From: an uncultured cyanobacterium
GTDB taxonomy: Bacteria; Cyanobacteriota; Cyanobacteriia; Cyanobacteriales; Cyanobacteriaceae
Direction: 5' to 3'
DNA: 64,000 nt
NCBI GenBank assembly: GCA_963710605.1
Contig: CAVQBA010000004.1
Coordinates: 864,001-928,000, forward strand
Positions within the stretch are counted from its first letter, which is position 1. Each line of letters begins with the position of its first letter. The notes under the pieces were generated by a model that ran no database searches, was not told the origin of the DNA, and saw only the letters and a program-made list of their open reading frames with translations. Position numbers and translations under genes: made by a program. Positions 10,561 through 21,278 of the stretch are shown piece after piece.

Positions 10561-10803
10561 TGAATTAGATAACTAATGATAGATTAAAGAGTAAGTGTAT
10601 TTTGTCTTGTTAATTGTTAATTGTCAATCATTGATTGGTAAAAAGTTGAGTCGATACTCAATAGATATAATTTAATTAAAACTAACAATTGCGATCGCTG
10701 ATTTTTGAGAATGAATAAATGCTAATTTTCAAGAACTACGGTTAATAGTCAAGATGGGGATTATAATGATTGCTATTGCTGTGGAAAATTTTTACTCGCT
10801 CAA

Positions 10804-11523
10804 ATGACTTTTATCTTAACTAATGATGATGGAATTGATGCTAACGGAATGAATGCTCTTCAAAAAGCTGTCCAAGGAGATAAGATAATTACAATTGCTC
10901 CTAATCGTCAGTATTCAGGTTGTGGACATCAAATAACTGTTAGAACACCTATTGGCGTAGAGCAAAGAAACGATCGTGCTTATGCAGTTAATGGCACACC
11001 TGTTGATTGTGTTCGTCTAGCAGTTAGTGAACTTCATCCTAATTGTACTTGGGTGCTGTCGGGAATCAACTCAGGAGGCAATCTAGGGGTTGATATTTAT
11101 CTTTCAGGTACAGTTGGTGCGGTGAGAGAAGCGGCTATTTTAGGTAAACGTGCGATCGCTATTTCGCAAACAATTAAATCCCCACTGAAAATTGATTGGG
11201 ATTGGACGACAATTACCAGCAAAAGAGTAATTGATTTTTTACTAACTCAACAAACTCCTCCTGGTTGCTTTTGGAATGTAAACTTACCTCATTTACCAGA
11301 TAACAGCCCCGAACCAAAAATGGTTTTTTGTCCTCCAAGTATTGATTCTTTGCCCGTTAGCTTTATCAAACAAGATAATAAGTATTCTTATCAAGGAAAA
11401 TATCATCAAAGAAAAAGAACACCTAACACTGATGTTGATGTTTGTTTTGGGGGTGATATATCGATTAGTTTGATTAGTTTACATTACGAATCAGTAATTA
11501 AAACACAAGTAATAAATAAATAA
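10804..11523 (+). CDS. surE: 5'/3'-nucleotidase SurE
   Basis: ILTNDDG, GTPVDCV, SGINSGGNLG, SGTVGA. Confidence 0.93.
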   Translation: MTFILTNDDGIDANGMNALQKAVQGDKIITIAPNRQYSGCGHQITVRTPIGVEQRNDRAYAVNGTPVDCVRLAVSELHPNCTWVLSGINSGGNLGVDIYLSGTVGAVREAAILGKRAIAISQTIKSPLKIDWDWTTITSKRVIDFLLTQQTPPGCFWNVNLPHLPDNSPEPKMVFCPPSIDSLPVSFIKQDNKYSYQGKYHQRKRTPNTDVDVCFGGDISISLISLHYESVIKTQVINK

Positions 11524-11554
11524 TTTGAAAGTAAGTCTCAATTAGTTATTAATC

Positions 11555-12169
11555 TTATTCGTAAACTACTCCTCTATATGATCTTTTTTTATTGATCATA
11601 TTTTGGTTATTTGTGGATGAGTTATTTGTGGGTTTATCATCATTAATATTTTTAGTAGTTTCCAACCCTCTATATTTTGTAGCTGAAATTGAAATATCTA
11701 AATTATTAGTTAATTTTGAATTGTTATCATCAATAGTATTTGCTTTTAAAGATTTATTAAGATTACCTTCAGATTGAGCATCTCTAATATATACATTCAT
11801 CTGCGGTTGATAACTTTTACCTTTGCTTTCGCTTTCGCTTTTATTGTTATAATTTTGATTATAAGTTATCGAGGGAGCTTGCTCTACTTTGATTTGAGAA
11901 CTAGTAGGAATCGATTTTTTTGGGTTATTACTAACAACGGGCTTTTCTTCTTCCCAGATAGTATAAGAGTAATTCGTTTCTGTAATAAAACTATCTTTAC
12001 CTGTTTGAGCCATTTCTTGACAGATATCTAATGCTTTTTGCAAGAACTTTTTTGGTAAATCTGATTTACGGCTAAATTCTCGGCTTAAATAATGTAAAGA
12101 ACGAGCTTTTTGGACTGCTAAAATCGATACTCCTTGTTTTTCCAAATCTTCTGGTTTTAGTAATTTCAT
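11555..12169 (-). CDS. Hypothetical protein with low-complexity linker and C-terminal YRG motifs (DUF4278-like)
   Basis: 204-aa ORF with KYRG and SYRGVVY motifs. Confidence 0.6.
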   Translation of the reverse strand: MKLLKPEDLEKQGVSILAVQKARSLHYLSREFSRKSDLPKKFLQKALDICQEMAQTGKDSFITETNYSYTIWEEEKPVVSNNPKKSIPTSSQIKVEQAPSITYNQNYNNKSESESKGKSYQPQMNVYIRDAQSEGNLNKSLKANTIDDNNSKLTNNLDISISATKYRGLETTKNINDDKPTNNSSTNNQNMINKKRSYRGVVYE

Positions 12170-12393
12170 GATCAGTAATAATTTGTGTAATTAAATTTGA
12201 CTTTTGGAGTAACTTCCGACGATCGATTTTTTTAATGAGCAGAAAACGTTACTACTCACTTTTGTTTTCTTTAATCTAACTGTCAAAAATAATTTCAGCG
12301 TATTTGTGTAAGTAATACCTAAATAAAAATTGTGTCTATCACCATATTTTAACTTAAGTAATTTATTTTAAAAGTAAATTTAATCACCAAATT

Positions 12394-12831
12394 TTAAATT
12401 TTATAACTACGGTATTTGAGTTTTTGATGATGATTTTCCCGAATAAGCAAACGCCAAGTTTTTCCCGACGATTGCCTTTGCAAATCAAGCTGGAAATTAT
12501 TAGTAATTTTTTTTCTTTTTGATTTGTTTAATCGCCAACTAATTTGACAGTTACCTTCTAAATGATACGTAGGAAGGTTAAGTTTGATTGTTGGTTCGAT
12601 TTTATTAACGTTAATTTTGAGGATTTTAAATGCGGGTTGCTCTGTTTTTAGTTGCTCACTTATTTGTTGATACTTTTGTTCTAATTGAATTTTGATTGCT
12701 TTTTCAATTATTTTTGGTGAAGGAGTTAATTCTAATGGTGCCTGAGTCGTGGTGCATCCATTAATAAAGATAATTAAACAACTTAAAGCGATAATAGTAT
12801 ATCTGTTAAATAACGATCGTGCTAAGTTCAT
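12394..12831 (-). CDS. Hypothetical lipoprotein
   Basis: Hydrophobic N-terminus followed by lipobox-like INGC. Confidence 0.6.
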   Translation of the reverse strand: MNLARSLFNRYTIIALSCLIIFINGCTTTQAPLELTPSPKIIEKAIKIQLEQKYQQISEQLKTEQPAFKILKINVNKIEPTIKLNLPTYHLEGNCQISWRLNKSKRKKITNNFQLDLQRQSSGKTWRLLIRENHHQKLKYRSYKI

Positions 12832-12977
12832 TTTCTAGGGCGTGTATATCTTCTATTGCTTAAACATCAGTCTCAAAAACAATGGTTAAGCGATCTTACT
12901 TTTAAATTTGATTAAATATAATTAAGATAAGCTGTATCCTTGCTATATGATATTTTTACATACGCACTCACTAAATA

Positions 12978-13994
12978 ATGTTAAGTAATTTTGATAGTAG
13001 CAACAATTCATTAATTATCCTCAAAAAGTCGCTACAACAAACAACAATTAAGCTGGAAAAAGCGATCGATTTGATTGAAAAAAGTAATAATCAACCATTA
13101 TCTAATTTAGTGAGACTGGAAAAAACTCTAGCTCGCAATAGTGATCTTTTGCTTAGTTATTTACAAGATAGCAATCAGATTCAAAATATTATCACGAATA
13201 ATGATCAATTTACCACAATTGACGATCGATTACCATCACAAGAATTACAGGTAAATCAAATAGATTCTGTTTCTAACAAGCAGAAAAACAATAATTCTTC
13301 ACCATCAAAACAAAAATCTCAACCTAAAGTTAATCTAATTATTTTATCAGTTTTAATTATTAGTTTATGTTTTAATGTTTATGCTTTTTTAAACGATCGT
13401 CAATTAGTCTCAGCGATAAATAATAATTTCAATCAAGAAATAACAATTACTCCAAATATTGATGAGCAAAAAAATAGACCAACTGAATTAATAGATAACG
13501 ATCGTGATTCAATTAAACCTGTAGAAAATAATCAAGAAAATAATAACACGCAACTAAATAATTCACCCTTAAATGAAGATAACACTAAGTTTTCTGATGA
13601 TAACAAAATGGATTTACCACAACTAGATATTACAACGACTGTACCTATTATAGAAGAACCTAAGCCAATACCTTTACCAAATAATGCCAAGGAAAATCAG
13701 ACAAAAAAAAGTAGTTTATTGATTGCGATCGAAAAACAAATAAATGAAATTAGCGATCGGTATCAACCAGATTTAATTAGTAAAATAATACCTAATTATA
13801 CGAATAATAGTTTGATTATTTATGTAAATGATGATTGGCAAAACTTAAGCGAAAAAGAAAAAGACAAATTAAGTAACGAACTTTATCAACAAGCGAAAAT
13901 ATTAGATTTTTATCGTTTCCAATTAAAAACAATTGATGGTAATTTACTGGCAAGAAATGCAGTTATTAAAGATCAACTAATAATCAATTTTTAA
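12978..13994 (+). CDS. Hypothetical single-pass membrane protein
   Basis: 338-aa ORF with one TM segment (LIILSVLIISLCFNVYAFL), an N-rich linker and a compact C-terminal domain. Confidence 0.65.
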   Translation: MLSNFDSSNNSLIILKKSLQQTTIKLEKAIDLIEKSNNQPLSNLVRLEKTLARNSDLLLSYLQDSNQIQNIITNNDQFTTIDDRLPSQELQVNQIDSVSNKQKNNNSSPSKQKSQPKVNLIILSVLIISLCFNVYAFLNDRQLVSAINNNFNQEITITPNIDEQKNRPTELIDNDRDSIKPVENNQENNNTQLNNSPLNEDNTKFSDDNKMDLPQLDITTTVPIIEEPKPIPLPNNAKENQTKKSSLLIAIEKQINEISDRYQPDLISKIIPNYTNNSLIIYVNDDWQNLSEKEKDKLSNELYQQAKILDFYRFQLKTIDGNLLARNAVIKDQLIINF

Positions 13995-14215
13995 AAAAAG
14001 TAATCAGTAAAAGCTAATCATCGAATAATCTTTGTAGCTATTACCTCAAAAAGTTTAAGACAAGATTGTTACAAAAATAATTGTTCACTGTTATTATCTG
14101 TTCACTATAGACATTGTTGATTATTATTTGTGATCGGTTACTTATTTTTTGTTGACAAAGATGACAGCAAAAAGTTACCATGGAAAATTGTGAGTTTTCA
14201 TAACAATAAATCTCA

Positions 14216-14638
14216 ATGTCTATAAATGCAACTGCGATAATTCAGTCGATCGAGGCTGATTATAAGAAAGACAAAGTAACATCTGTCTATGTCGGCGACA
14301 CCATTAAAGTGGGTGTTCGTATCCAAGAAGGTGGGAAAGAAAGAATTCAGCCTTTTGAAGGCACTGTCATTGCCATGCGTCATGGTGGCATTAACAAAAC
14401 CATTACCGTCAGAAAAATATTTCAAGGTGTCGGTGTAGAGAGAGTATTTTTAGTACACTCTCCTATTGTTGCCGATATTGAAATACTTCGTCGAGGTAAA
14501 GTAAGAAGAGCTAAATTATTCTATTTACGCGATCGAGTCGGTAAAGCCACGAGGATTAAACAACGTTTTGATCGTCCTATTGAAACGAATAAACCCGCTA
14601 AAACTAGTAAGAAGAAAAAAGGTAGAAAGAAAAAATAG
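14216..14638 (+). CDS. rplS: 50S ribosomal protein L19
   Basis: [23 protein letters not shown]...[14 protein letters not shown]...[14 protein letters not shown]. Confidence 0.98.
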   Translation: MSINATAIIQSIEADYKKDKVTSVYVGDTIKVGVRIQEGGKERIQPFEGTVIAMRHGGINKTITVRKIFQGVGVERVFLVHSPIVADIEILRRGKVRRAKLFYLRDRVGKATRIKQRFDRPIETNKPAKTSKKKKGRKKK

Positions 14639-14728
14639 TTTGAATCTAAACTAAAAAAGAAGATTAATTAGCCGAACTTTTGTCAAAGCAAAAAACAACT
14701 GTTTACCCCGAATAATTATTCAACTAAC

Positions 14729-14757
14729 TTGACAAACGAGGAATTAATAGCTATATT
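14729..14757 (+). promoter_or_regulatory. Sigma70 promoter for trnW-secE-nusG
   Basis: TTGACA-N17-TATATT, ending 10 nt before the tRNA. Confidence 0.7.
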
Positions 14758-14767
14758 ATAGTACTAT

Positions 14768-14840
14768 ACGTCCTTAGTTCAGTTGGTAGAACGTTGGTCT
14801 CCAAAACCAAATGTCAGGGGTTCAAGTCCTCTAGGACGTG
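14768..14840 (+). tRNA. trnW: tRNA-Trp(CCA)
   Basis: ACGTCCT/AGGACGT acceptor stem, TTGGT-CTCCAAA-ACCAA anticodon arm; canonical position before secE. Confidence 0.95.
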
Positions 14841-14967
14841 TTTTGAAACTTAATAAAGGTATCTGTAACCGAGTTGATCTGTCTTACAATAGATATTAAA
14901 CTATTTACTTTGTGCTGGGTAACCATAAATTACCTGCTCAGAAAACTGATTTAATGAGGCAATAATC

Positions 14968-15201
14968 GTGACGAGTAAAGATACAATCAAATCCAAAGAT
15001 GCCAGCGAAAAGGCTAGTAAAGGTAGCGACAAAAATAACCTAATAAATGATACCAAGCAAGAATTAGCAAAAGTAGTTTGGCCTTCGCGTCAACAACTAC
15101 TCAGCGAATCTATAGCGGTAATCTTGATGGTAATCGTCGTCGCAACTCTAATTTACTTAGTCGATCAATTATTTGGCTGGTTAGCAGGGATGGTATTCTA
15201 A
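14968..15201 (+). CDS. secE: Preprotein translocase SecE
   Basis: ELAKVVWPSR plus a TM helix; synteny with nusG. Confidence 0.95.
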   Translation: MTSKDTIKSKDASEKASKGSDKNNLINDTKQELAKVVWPSRQQLLSESIAVILMVIVVATLIYLVDQLFGWLAGMVF

Positions 15202-15202
15202 A

Positions 15203-15823
15203 ATGACTTATTCGCAGGATAACGAATCAGATCAGCAACAACAAACAACTAAAGCCGTTGGCAAACCACGTTGGTATGTTGTTCAAGTCGGTTCGGGGTG
15301 TGAAAAAAAAGTTCAAGCCGATCTTGAACAAAGAATAGCTAGTTTTGACTTAACCGATCGTATATTACAAATTAGAATCCCTCAAACACCAACCATTAAA
15401 GTTAGAAAAGATGGCAAACGTTATGAAGGTTCAGAAAAAATATTACCCGGTTATGTCTTAATTGAAATGATTTTAGATGATGACGCTTGGCAAGCGGTTA
15501 AAAACACATCTAATGTAATTAACTTCGTCGGTTCAGAAAAAAGAAGAACAGTCGGTAGAGGAAGAGGGCACGTCATGCCTGTACCTTTATCACCTTCTGA
15601 AGTAGCCCGTATCTTCAAAGAAATAAATGAAGCCGAACCTGTAGTCAAGATTGATACCCAAGTGGGAGACAAAATCATGGTGATAGATGGCCCATTCAAA
15701 GACTTTGGTGGTGAAGTGATAGAAGTTAGTACAGAACAAAACAAACTCAAAGCATTATTATCCATTTTTGGGCGTGATACACCCGTAGAATTGGAATTTA
15801 AGCAAGTAGAAAAACAAGGATAA
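15203..15823 (+). CDS. nusG: Transcription factor NusG
   Basis: WYVVQVGSGCEKKV, LPGYVLIEM, KOW motif DGPFKDFGG, SIFGRDTPVEL. Confidence 0.97.
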   Translation: MTYSQDNESDQQQQTTKAVGKPRWYVVQVGSGCEKKVQADLEQRIASFDLTDRILQIRIPQTPTIKVRKDGKRYEGSEKILPGYVLIEMILDDDAWQAVKNTSNVINFVGSEKRRTVGRGRGHVMPVPLSPSEVARIFKEINEAEPVVKIDTQVGDKIMVIDGPFKDFGGEVIEVSTEQNKLKALLSIFGRDTPVELEFKQVEKQG

Positions 15824-15841
15824 AAAGGAAAAATTTAAATA

Positions 15842-16267
15842 ATGGCTAAAAAAGTCACCGCCTTAATTAAACTCGCTTTACCTGCGGGTAAAGCTAACCC
15901 AGCACCTCCAGTAGGACCTGCTTTAGGTCAACATGGTGTTAATATTATGGCGTTTTGTAAAGAGTACAATGCCAAAACTTCTAGCCAAGCAGGAATGATT
16001 ATTCCTGTAGAAATCTCGGTTTATGAAGATCGTAGTTTTACTTTTATTCTCAAAACACCTCCTGCCGCTGTCTTAATTAAAAAAGCGATCGGGCTTGAGA
16101 AAGGTTCAAAAGAGCCTAATCGAATCAAAGTTGCCAAAATAAACCGTGCGCAATTAGAAGAAATCGCTCAAACAAAAATGACAGACCTCAATGCCAATGA
16201 TATTGATGCAGCCGTCAAAATTATTGCTGGTACTGCCCGTAATATGGGTGTTACCGTTGTTGATTAA
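15842..16267 (+). CDS. rplK: 50S ribosomal protein L11
   Basis: [22 protein letters not shown]. Confidence 0.98.
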   Translation: MAKKVTALIKLALPAGKANPAPPVGPALGQHGVNIMAFCKEYNAKTSSQAGMIIPVEISVYEDRSFTFILKTPPAAVLIKKAIGLEKGSKEPNRIKVAKINRAQLEEIAQTKMTDLNANDIDAAVKIIAGTARNMGVTVVD

Positions 16268-16394
16268 TTTGTTAATACTTTATTAAGTCACAATCGCTAT
16301 ATTTTAGTTAACAATTCGTTGTTACAAAATAAATCAATTCAATTGAGAAAAACCTCGCATCACAAATCACTATTTTTTTAATTAGTGAATATAA

Positions 16395-16425
16395 GGGGAG
16401 AGGTAATTACTTCGTTAGTTTACCC
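16395..16425 (+). promoter_or_regulatory. Putative L1-binding autoregulatory RNA leader
   Basis: GGGGAG-AGGTAATTACTT-CGTTAGTTTACCC directly before the rplA start; resembles the GGGAG...hairpin...ACCC L1 operator. Confidence 0.65.
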
Positions 16426-16444
16426 AAGAAAATACATTACATTA

Positions 16445-17152
16445 ATGAGTAACAAAATAAGTCGTCGATATAAAGAAGCCTTAGCTAAAGTAGAAGATCG
16501 TTCTTATCAACCTTTAGAGGCTTTACATTTATTAAAAGAAACTGCTACTGCTAAATTTGATGAAACAGCAGAAGTACATATCCGTTTAGGAATCGATCCT
16601 AAATATACAGATCAACAATTAAGAACTACTGTTAGTTTACCTAAAGGTACAGGGCAAACCGTGAGAGTTGCTGTGATTACCAGAGGGGAACAAGTCCAAG
16701 AAGCTAATGATAACGGTGCGGATTTGGTCGGAGATGAAGATTTGATCGGTGAAATCCAAAAAGGAATGATGGATTTTGATGTTTTAATTGCAACTCCTGA
16801 TATGATGCCTAAAATCGCTAGATTAGGTCGTGTTTTAGGACCAAAAGGTTTGATGCCTTCTCCTAAAGGTGGTACTGTTACTACCGATTTAGCTAGTGCA
16901 ATTAGTGCATTTAAAGCAGGTAAATTAGAATTCAGAGCCGACAAAGCCGGTACTGTACACGTATTGTTTGGTAAGTCTTCATTTTCTGCTGATGATTTGT
17001 TAGCTAATTTAAAAGCAATTCAAGAAATAGTCGATCGTCAACGTCCATCTGGGGCTAAAGGTCGTTATTGGCGTAGTGTTTATGTATCTGCGTCTATGGG
17101 ACCATCGATCGAAATTGATATTAACTCTCTAAGAGATTATAAATTTGAATAA
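16445..17152 (+). CDS. rplA: 50S ribosomal protein L1 (true start ATG 16445)
   Basis: [40 protein letters not shown]. Confidence 0.97.
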   Translation: MSNKISRRYKEALAKVEDRSYQPLEALHLLKETATAKFDETAEVHIRLGIDPKYTDQQLRTTVSLPKGTGQTVRVAVITRGEQVQEANDNGADLVGDEDLIGEIQKGMMDFDVLIATPDMMPKIARLGRVLGPKGLMPSPKGGTVTTDLASAISAFKAGKLEFRADKAGTVHVLFGKSSFSADDLLANLKAIQEIVDRQRPSGAKGRYWRSVYVSASMGPSIEIDINSLRDYKFE

Positions 17153-17185
17153 TTATCTTTAATTAAGAATTAATTATTAATCACT

Positions 17186-17220
17186 AAAAAAAATCCTCCC
17201 TTTTAACGGGGAGGAAAAAA
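17186..17220 (-). terminator. Hairpin between convergent rplA and PEP-CTERM genes
   Basis: TCCTCCC-loop-GGGAGGA flanked by A runs, giving a U tract on the minus strand. Confidence 0.75.
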
Positions 17221-17241
17221 ATTGTGAATAAAAAGAAAAAA

Positions 17242-17904
17242 TTAAGCGTTTGTGCCTTTTCTTTTTTTCATTACAGCACCAAAACCACCAGCTAAAAGTG
17301 TACCTAAGATAGTTACAGGTTCAGGTACTTTTTCACCAGGATTTTGAGGAGCAACCTTTTCAACTGTCAATTCACTAAATTGAAGTATTCCTAGCAAATC
17401 ATTGTCAGGAAATTCATCGTCGATCAAAATAGTCATAACGTTAACAGGAACGCCTGCTTTCGCAGTAAATTGATTGCTAAAATCACTTCCAACCAAACGA
17501 CGGAAATCAGTCTCCGTAGAAGACTCACTACCTTGAGAAAATTTAGTCATGAAAGATCTTGCTTCATTACCCACAAAGCCAGGAAGATAGCTGATTAATT
17601 TAACGTCTTGATCAAATGTTAAATTAAAATCACTGTATTCTACAGGCTCGCCGTTACTGCAAAAATTACTTCCTTTATCATCACCAATACAAAGACCATC
17701 CATATCAACTCCTGCACCATTACCAGTATTAAAATTAGATGCAGTTAAGTTAATGCCGTCTGCCATAATAGATGTAGAATCAGCTCCATCTGTAAATCCT
17801 GTTAAATCGAAAGTAGCCGCCTGAGCTGATGAAGATAGAAGCCCAACGCTGACAAGTGCTCCTGCACCGATTATTGTCTGATTGATTATTTTTTGAGATA
17901 TCAC
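17242..17904 (-). CDS. PEP-CTERM sorting-domain protein
   Basis: Signal peptide ending AQA; C-terminus VPEPVTILGTLLAGGFGAVMKKRK. Confidence 0.92.
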   Translation of the reverse strand: MISQKIINQTIIGAGALVSVGLLSSSAQAATFDLTGFTDGADSTSIMADGINLTASNFNTGNGAGVDMDGLCIGDDKGSNFCSNGEPVEYSDFNLTFDQDVKLISYLPGFVGNEARSFMTKFSQGSESSTETDFRRLVGSDFSNQFTAKAGVPVNVMTILIDDEFPDNDLLGILQFSELTVEKVAPQNPGEKVPEPVTILGTLLAGGFGAVMKKRKGTNA

Positions 17905-18469
17905 TTTATTTTCCTCTTTAATTTAATAATTATCGTAAGGGTTATAAATAATTATGAATTAATTATACATCCTTTTTTTATAAAATGGTTACTAAAGACA
18001 GTTTTTTTTTTAAATCTTAATCGAAAAAGCCTTTGTTTATATAGCAGTTAGTATTAAAACAAAGGGCAAAATTATTTTGGTAAAGATTTAAATTTATCCT
18101 TTAAATAATTTATTTTTCCCAACATGGTTTTAAATTGTGTTTTTAACTACAAACGGCAATTACGATGGTTAATTAAGCTGTTAGTAATCATCCAACTACA
18201 GATACTTAAGCCGTTTGTAAGTGCTTTATTAAAACAAACGTAGTTATTACTTAAGTTAATTTACCTAGTCCAAAAGAAGTATAAATGATGAGATACATTT
18301 AATTAAAAATATTTACCCAATATCCCTTAAATATAGTAAATAAAAGTATTAAAGCATACAGATAAACTATTATTTTTAACGTATTCAATACGATCGTTGA
18401 TAATTTATTTATTAATGAGTAATTATTTTGAGTTTTAGTTATCTATTTTGAGTTATTTGAAAATTAAAA

Positions 18470-18966
18470 ATAACTGATGTTTTACCAACGAGCAAAATGA
18501 TTTTTGACCCAGTCTATACCAGTCTCACATTGTTTAATTTGATTTTTTGCGGCATGGCGTAATAGATTATGTTAAGTATATTTGCATCTTGTGCTACTAC
18601 TACCTCACTTAAATTAAAAAACTGATTTTTGAGTAATTTTGCGATCGGATTACTTAAATAACCAAATAACAAAACATAAGTTTTAGTAAGTGTAGGAGAT
18701 TCAGATACAAAAAAAATAATCTACTGTTGTGCTAATTTATTATCTAAACCATTTTCTCCAGAGAAAATAACCTCAAAAAGAAAGTAGTCTTTTAAATTAG
18801 CTTCAATAACATCAAGACGTAAAAATTGACTCTGTTGTTTCCATTTTTGCCAAAATATTTTTAATGCGGTTTGAGTATGAAAAAAGGCTTGTGAGTGATA
18901 GCCGTTATCAGTCACAAGGGCAACGGTAATCAGAAAAACTAAAGCAAAATGTCCTAATATACTCAT
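18470..18966 (-). pseudogene. Possible decayed gene (81-aa ORF plus out-of-frame protein-like continuation)
   Basis: ORF 18721-18966 is followed by fragments such as NLLRHAAKNQIKQCETGIDWVKNHFARW*; no family recognised. Confidence 0.3.
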
Positions 18967-19017
18967 TTTCTGCTATATCTAAACAATTAAAATTATAAGT
19001 AGAGACAGTATATCAAT

Positions 19018-19635
19018 ATGGAAAAATATTTACAAGTAAGTGAGGTGATTGATTGGCAACATTCTCAAGTTATAGCACAAGCCCAAAAAATTGCCTCAGG
19101 ATGTCAAACCAAAACGGAAATAGCCCAAAAATGTTTTGAATGGGTAAGAGACGAAATACATCATAGCTATGATTACCAAATGAATCCTTTGACTTGTAAA
19201 GCTTCAGAAGTTTTAAAACATAAGACAGGTTATTGCTTTGCTAAAAGTCATTTATTAGCGGCATTATTACGAGCAAATCAGATAAAAGCCGGTTTTTGTT
19301 ATCAGAGATTAAGTATAGACGATCGAGGTGCACCATTCAGTTTACATGGTTTTAATGCAGTTTATCTACCTGAAGATATTGGTTGGTATCGAGTTGATGC
19401 TAGAGGAAATAAACAAGGAGTGAGTGCTTTGTTTACTCCACCTAATGAGCAATTAGCTTACCAACCTCGATTACCTGAAGAAGCTGATTTTACTACTATT
19501 TTTGCCGAACCACTTGATGTTGTTGTTGAAGCTTTACAAAAATACAACACTTGGGATGAAATGCTTGATAATCTTCCCGATATTGAGCCAAATTTGCTTA
19601 GTGAGAGTATAAACTATAATGTATTGTCTCAGTGA
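19018..19635 (+). CDS. Transglutaminase-like protein
   Basis: GYCFAKSHLLAALLRA (Cys), LHGFNAV (His), WYRVDARGN (Asp). Confidence 0.9.
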   Translation: MEKYLQVSEVIDWQHSQVIAQAQKIASGCQTKTEIAQKCFEWVRDEIHHSYDYQMNPLTCKASEVLKHKTGYCFAKSHLLAALLRANQIKAGFCYQRLSIDDRGAPFSLHGFNAVYLPEDIGWYRVDARGNKQGVSALFTPPNEQLAYQPRLPEEADFTTIFAEPLDVVVEALQKYNTWDEMLDNLPDIEPNLLSESINYNVLSQ

Positions 19636-20360
19636 CTAATTCGGTAATTATTTTGATAGAAACACAAAATTTATCTTTAACTAATTTCGGCATACCTCGA
19701 TCGAGTTTAATTATTTCTTGTCAAGCACCTAGTGACTCGCCTTTACACGATGCTTCTATCATTGCTTCTATTGCCCAAGCCTGTATTAATCAAGGGGCAA
19801 AGGGTTTAAGGATTGATAGCCCGAGTCATATTAAAGCCGTCAAACAATTAATGCCTGATATTCCCGTTATTGGTTTATGGAAACAAATGGGGCTAGATAG
19901 TGATGTTTATATTACACCAAGAATTACTGATGCGATCGCAGTTAGTGAGGCAGGGGCGGAAATTATTGCCATTGATGCTACGACTAGAAATCGTCCTAAT
20001 GGCGAAAAAATGGCAGATATTATCACCTATATTCATGATGAGTTAGGTAAATTGGTGATGTCAGATATTGATACAATTGAAAATGCGATCGCATCTGAAG
20101 TAGCGGGAGCAGATTTAATCGGTACAACTCTTTATGGATATACCGCTCAAACGAAAGATTTTACTCCGCCCAGTTTTGATTTTATCGAGGAATTATTGAA
20201 GAAAACAAACAAACCGATTATCTGTGAAGGAGGAGTTAAAACACCATTATTCGCTAAAAAAGCACTTGAAATGGGATGTTATGCAGTCGTTGTTGGCACA
20301 GCAATTACAGGAGTTGATTTACTCGCTCAAAAATTCGTCAAAGAAATTAATAGTCAATAG
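19632..20360 (+). CDS. nanE: N-acetylmannosamine-6-phosphate 2-epimerase (start uncertain)
   Basis: LIISCQAP, PVIGLWK, VYITP, IAIDAT, GTTLYGYT, EGG, VVGTAIT. Confidence 0.93.
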   Translation: MTNSVIILIETQNLSLTNFGIPRSSLIISCQAPSDSPLHDASIIASIAQACINQGAKGLRIDSPSHIKAVKQLMPDIPVIGLWKQMGLDSDVYITPRITDAIAVSEAGAEIIAIDATTRNRPNGEKMADIITYIHDELGKLVMSDIDTIENAIASEVAGADLIGTTLYGYTAQTKDFTPPSFDFIEELLKKTNKPIICEGGVKTPLFAKKALEMGCYAVVVGTAITGVDLLAQKFVKEINSQ

Positions 20361-20499
20361 CTAAAAGCTGAGTTCATTATCAATTATCAATAGAGCGAAT
20401 CATAATCATCTGTTTTTTAATGAAATAAATTAGCTCACTTTAAACAGAATATGTTAAAAATAAACCATATTTAATTTTTTCTATCATCGATCGTTCACA

Positions 20500-21258
20500 T
20501 TGCTAAAAAACATTAATCGTCTTTTTCCTTCCCCATGGTATTCAATGGGAATTTTAATTATTACTTTATTCTTAACATTTAGTCTGAGTTTGACAACATC
20601 AGCAAAAGAAGAGAAAAAACTACCACCGTTACAAATTTACCCTTTACCCATTTCTTTACAAAATTGGACAAGCGATAATCAAGATAACTATTTTGAGCAA
20701 ATTAAACCCCATCTAGTAGGTTCTTTAATTTGGACTAATTTTCCTGTTAAAGTGTACTTAGAGTCTCCTGAGAGTAATTTGTCAGCTTCAGCTTTATTAG
20801 AATTTGAGCAATGGCAAAAAGCGACACAAACAGCAATCAATATTTGGCATCCTTACTTATCAATGATGCAAATAGAAAACGAAACCGAAGCTGATATCCT
20901 TATTTATTTTTCTCAACCTGAATTCAAAGCGAAACTAAATCCCGAAACAGGTTTATACGATTTACCGAGAATTAAAGCGGCGACAACCTCGATTAAATTT
21001 TATGTAACTAAAACCAATCCTTCTCAACTCAAACATAAAATGACGATCGAAGTCAATCCTCGTCAAACATACGATTATTTAGTTAGTAATATTACCCATG
21101 AGTTAGGGCATGCTTTAGGTATTTGGGGGCATAGCGAAAATCCGCTCGATGTGATGTACTATGCTCATACTCAAGATATACCATCTTTATCCGTAAGAGA
21201 TATTAATACTTTAAAAAAAATTTATCAGCAACCTACTCGATTAATGAGTAATGAGTAA
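20500..21258 (+). CDS. Matrixin-type zinc metallopeptidase
   Basis: HELGHALGIWGHS...DVMY (metzincin motif with Met-turn); N-terminal signal sequence. Confidence 0.9.
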   Translation: MLKNINRLFPSPWYSMGILIITLFLTFSLSLTTSAKEEKKLPPLQIYPLPISLQNWTSDNQDNYFEQIKPHLVGSLIWTNFPVKVYLESPESNLSASALLEFEQWQKATQTAINIWHPYLSMMQIENETEADILIYFSQPEFKAKLNPETGLYDLPRIKAATTSIKFYVTKTNPSQLKHKMTIEVNPRQTYDYLVSNITHELGHALGIWGHSENPLDVMYYAHTQDIPSLSVRDINTLKKIYQQPTRLMSNE

Positions 21259-21277
21259 TGAGTAAGAAGTAATGAGT
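21243..21277. repeat. Heptamer tandem repeat (AATGAGT)x5, one unit degenerate
   Basis: Encodes the peptidase end MSNE* and fills the gap between convergent genes. Confidence 0.9.
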
Positions 21278-21278
21278 A

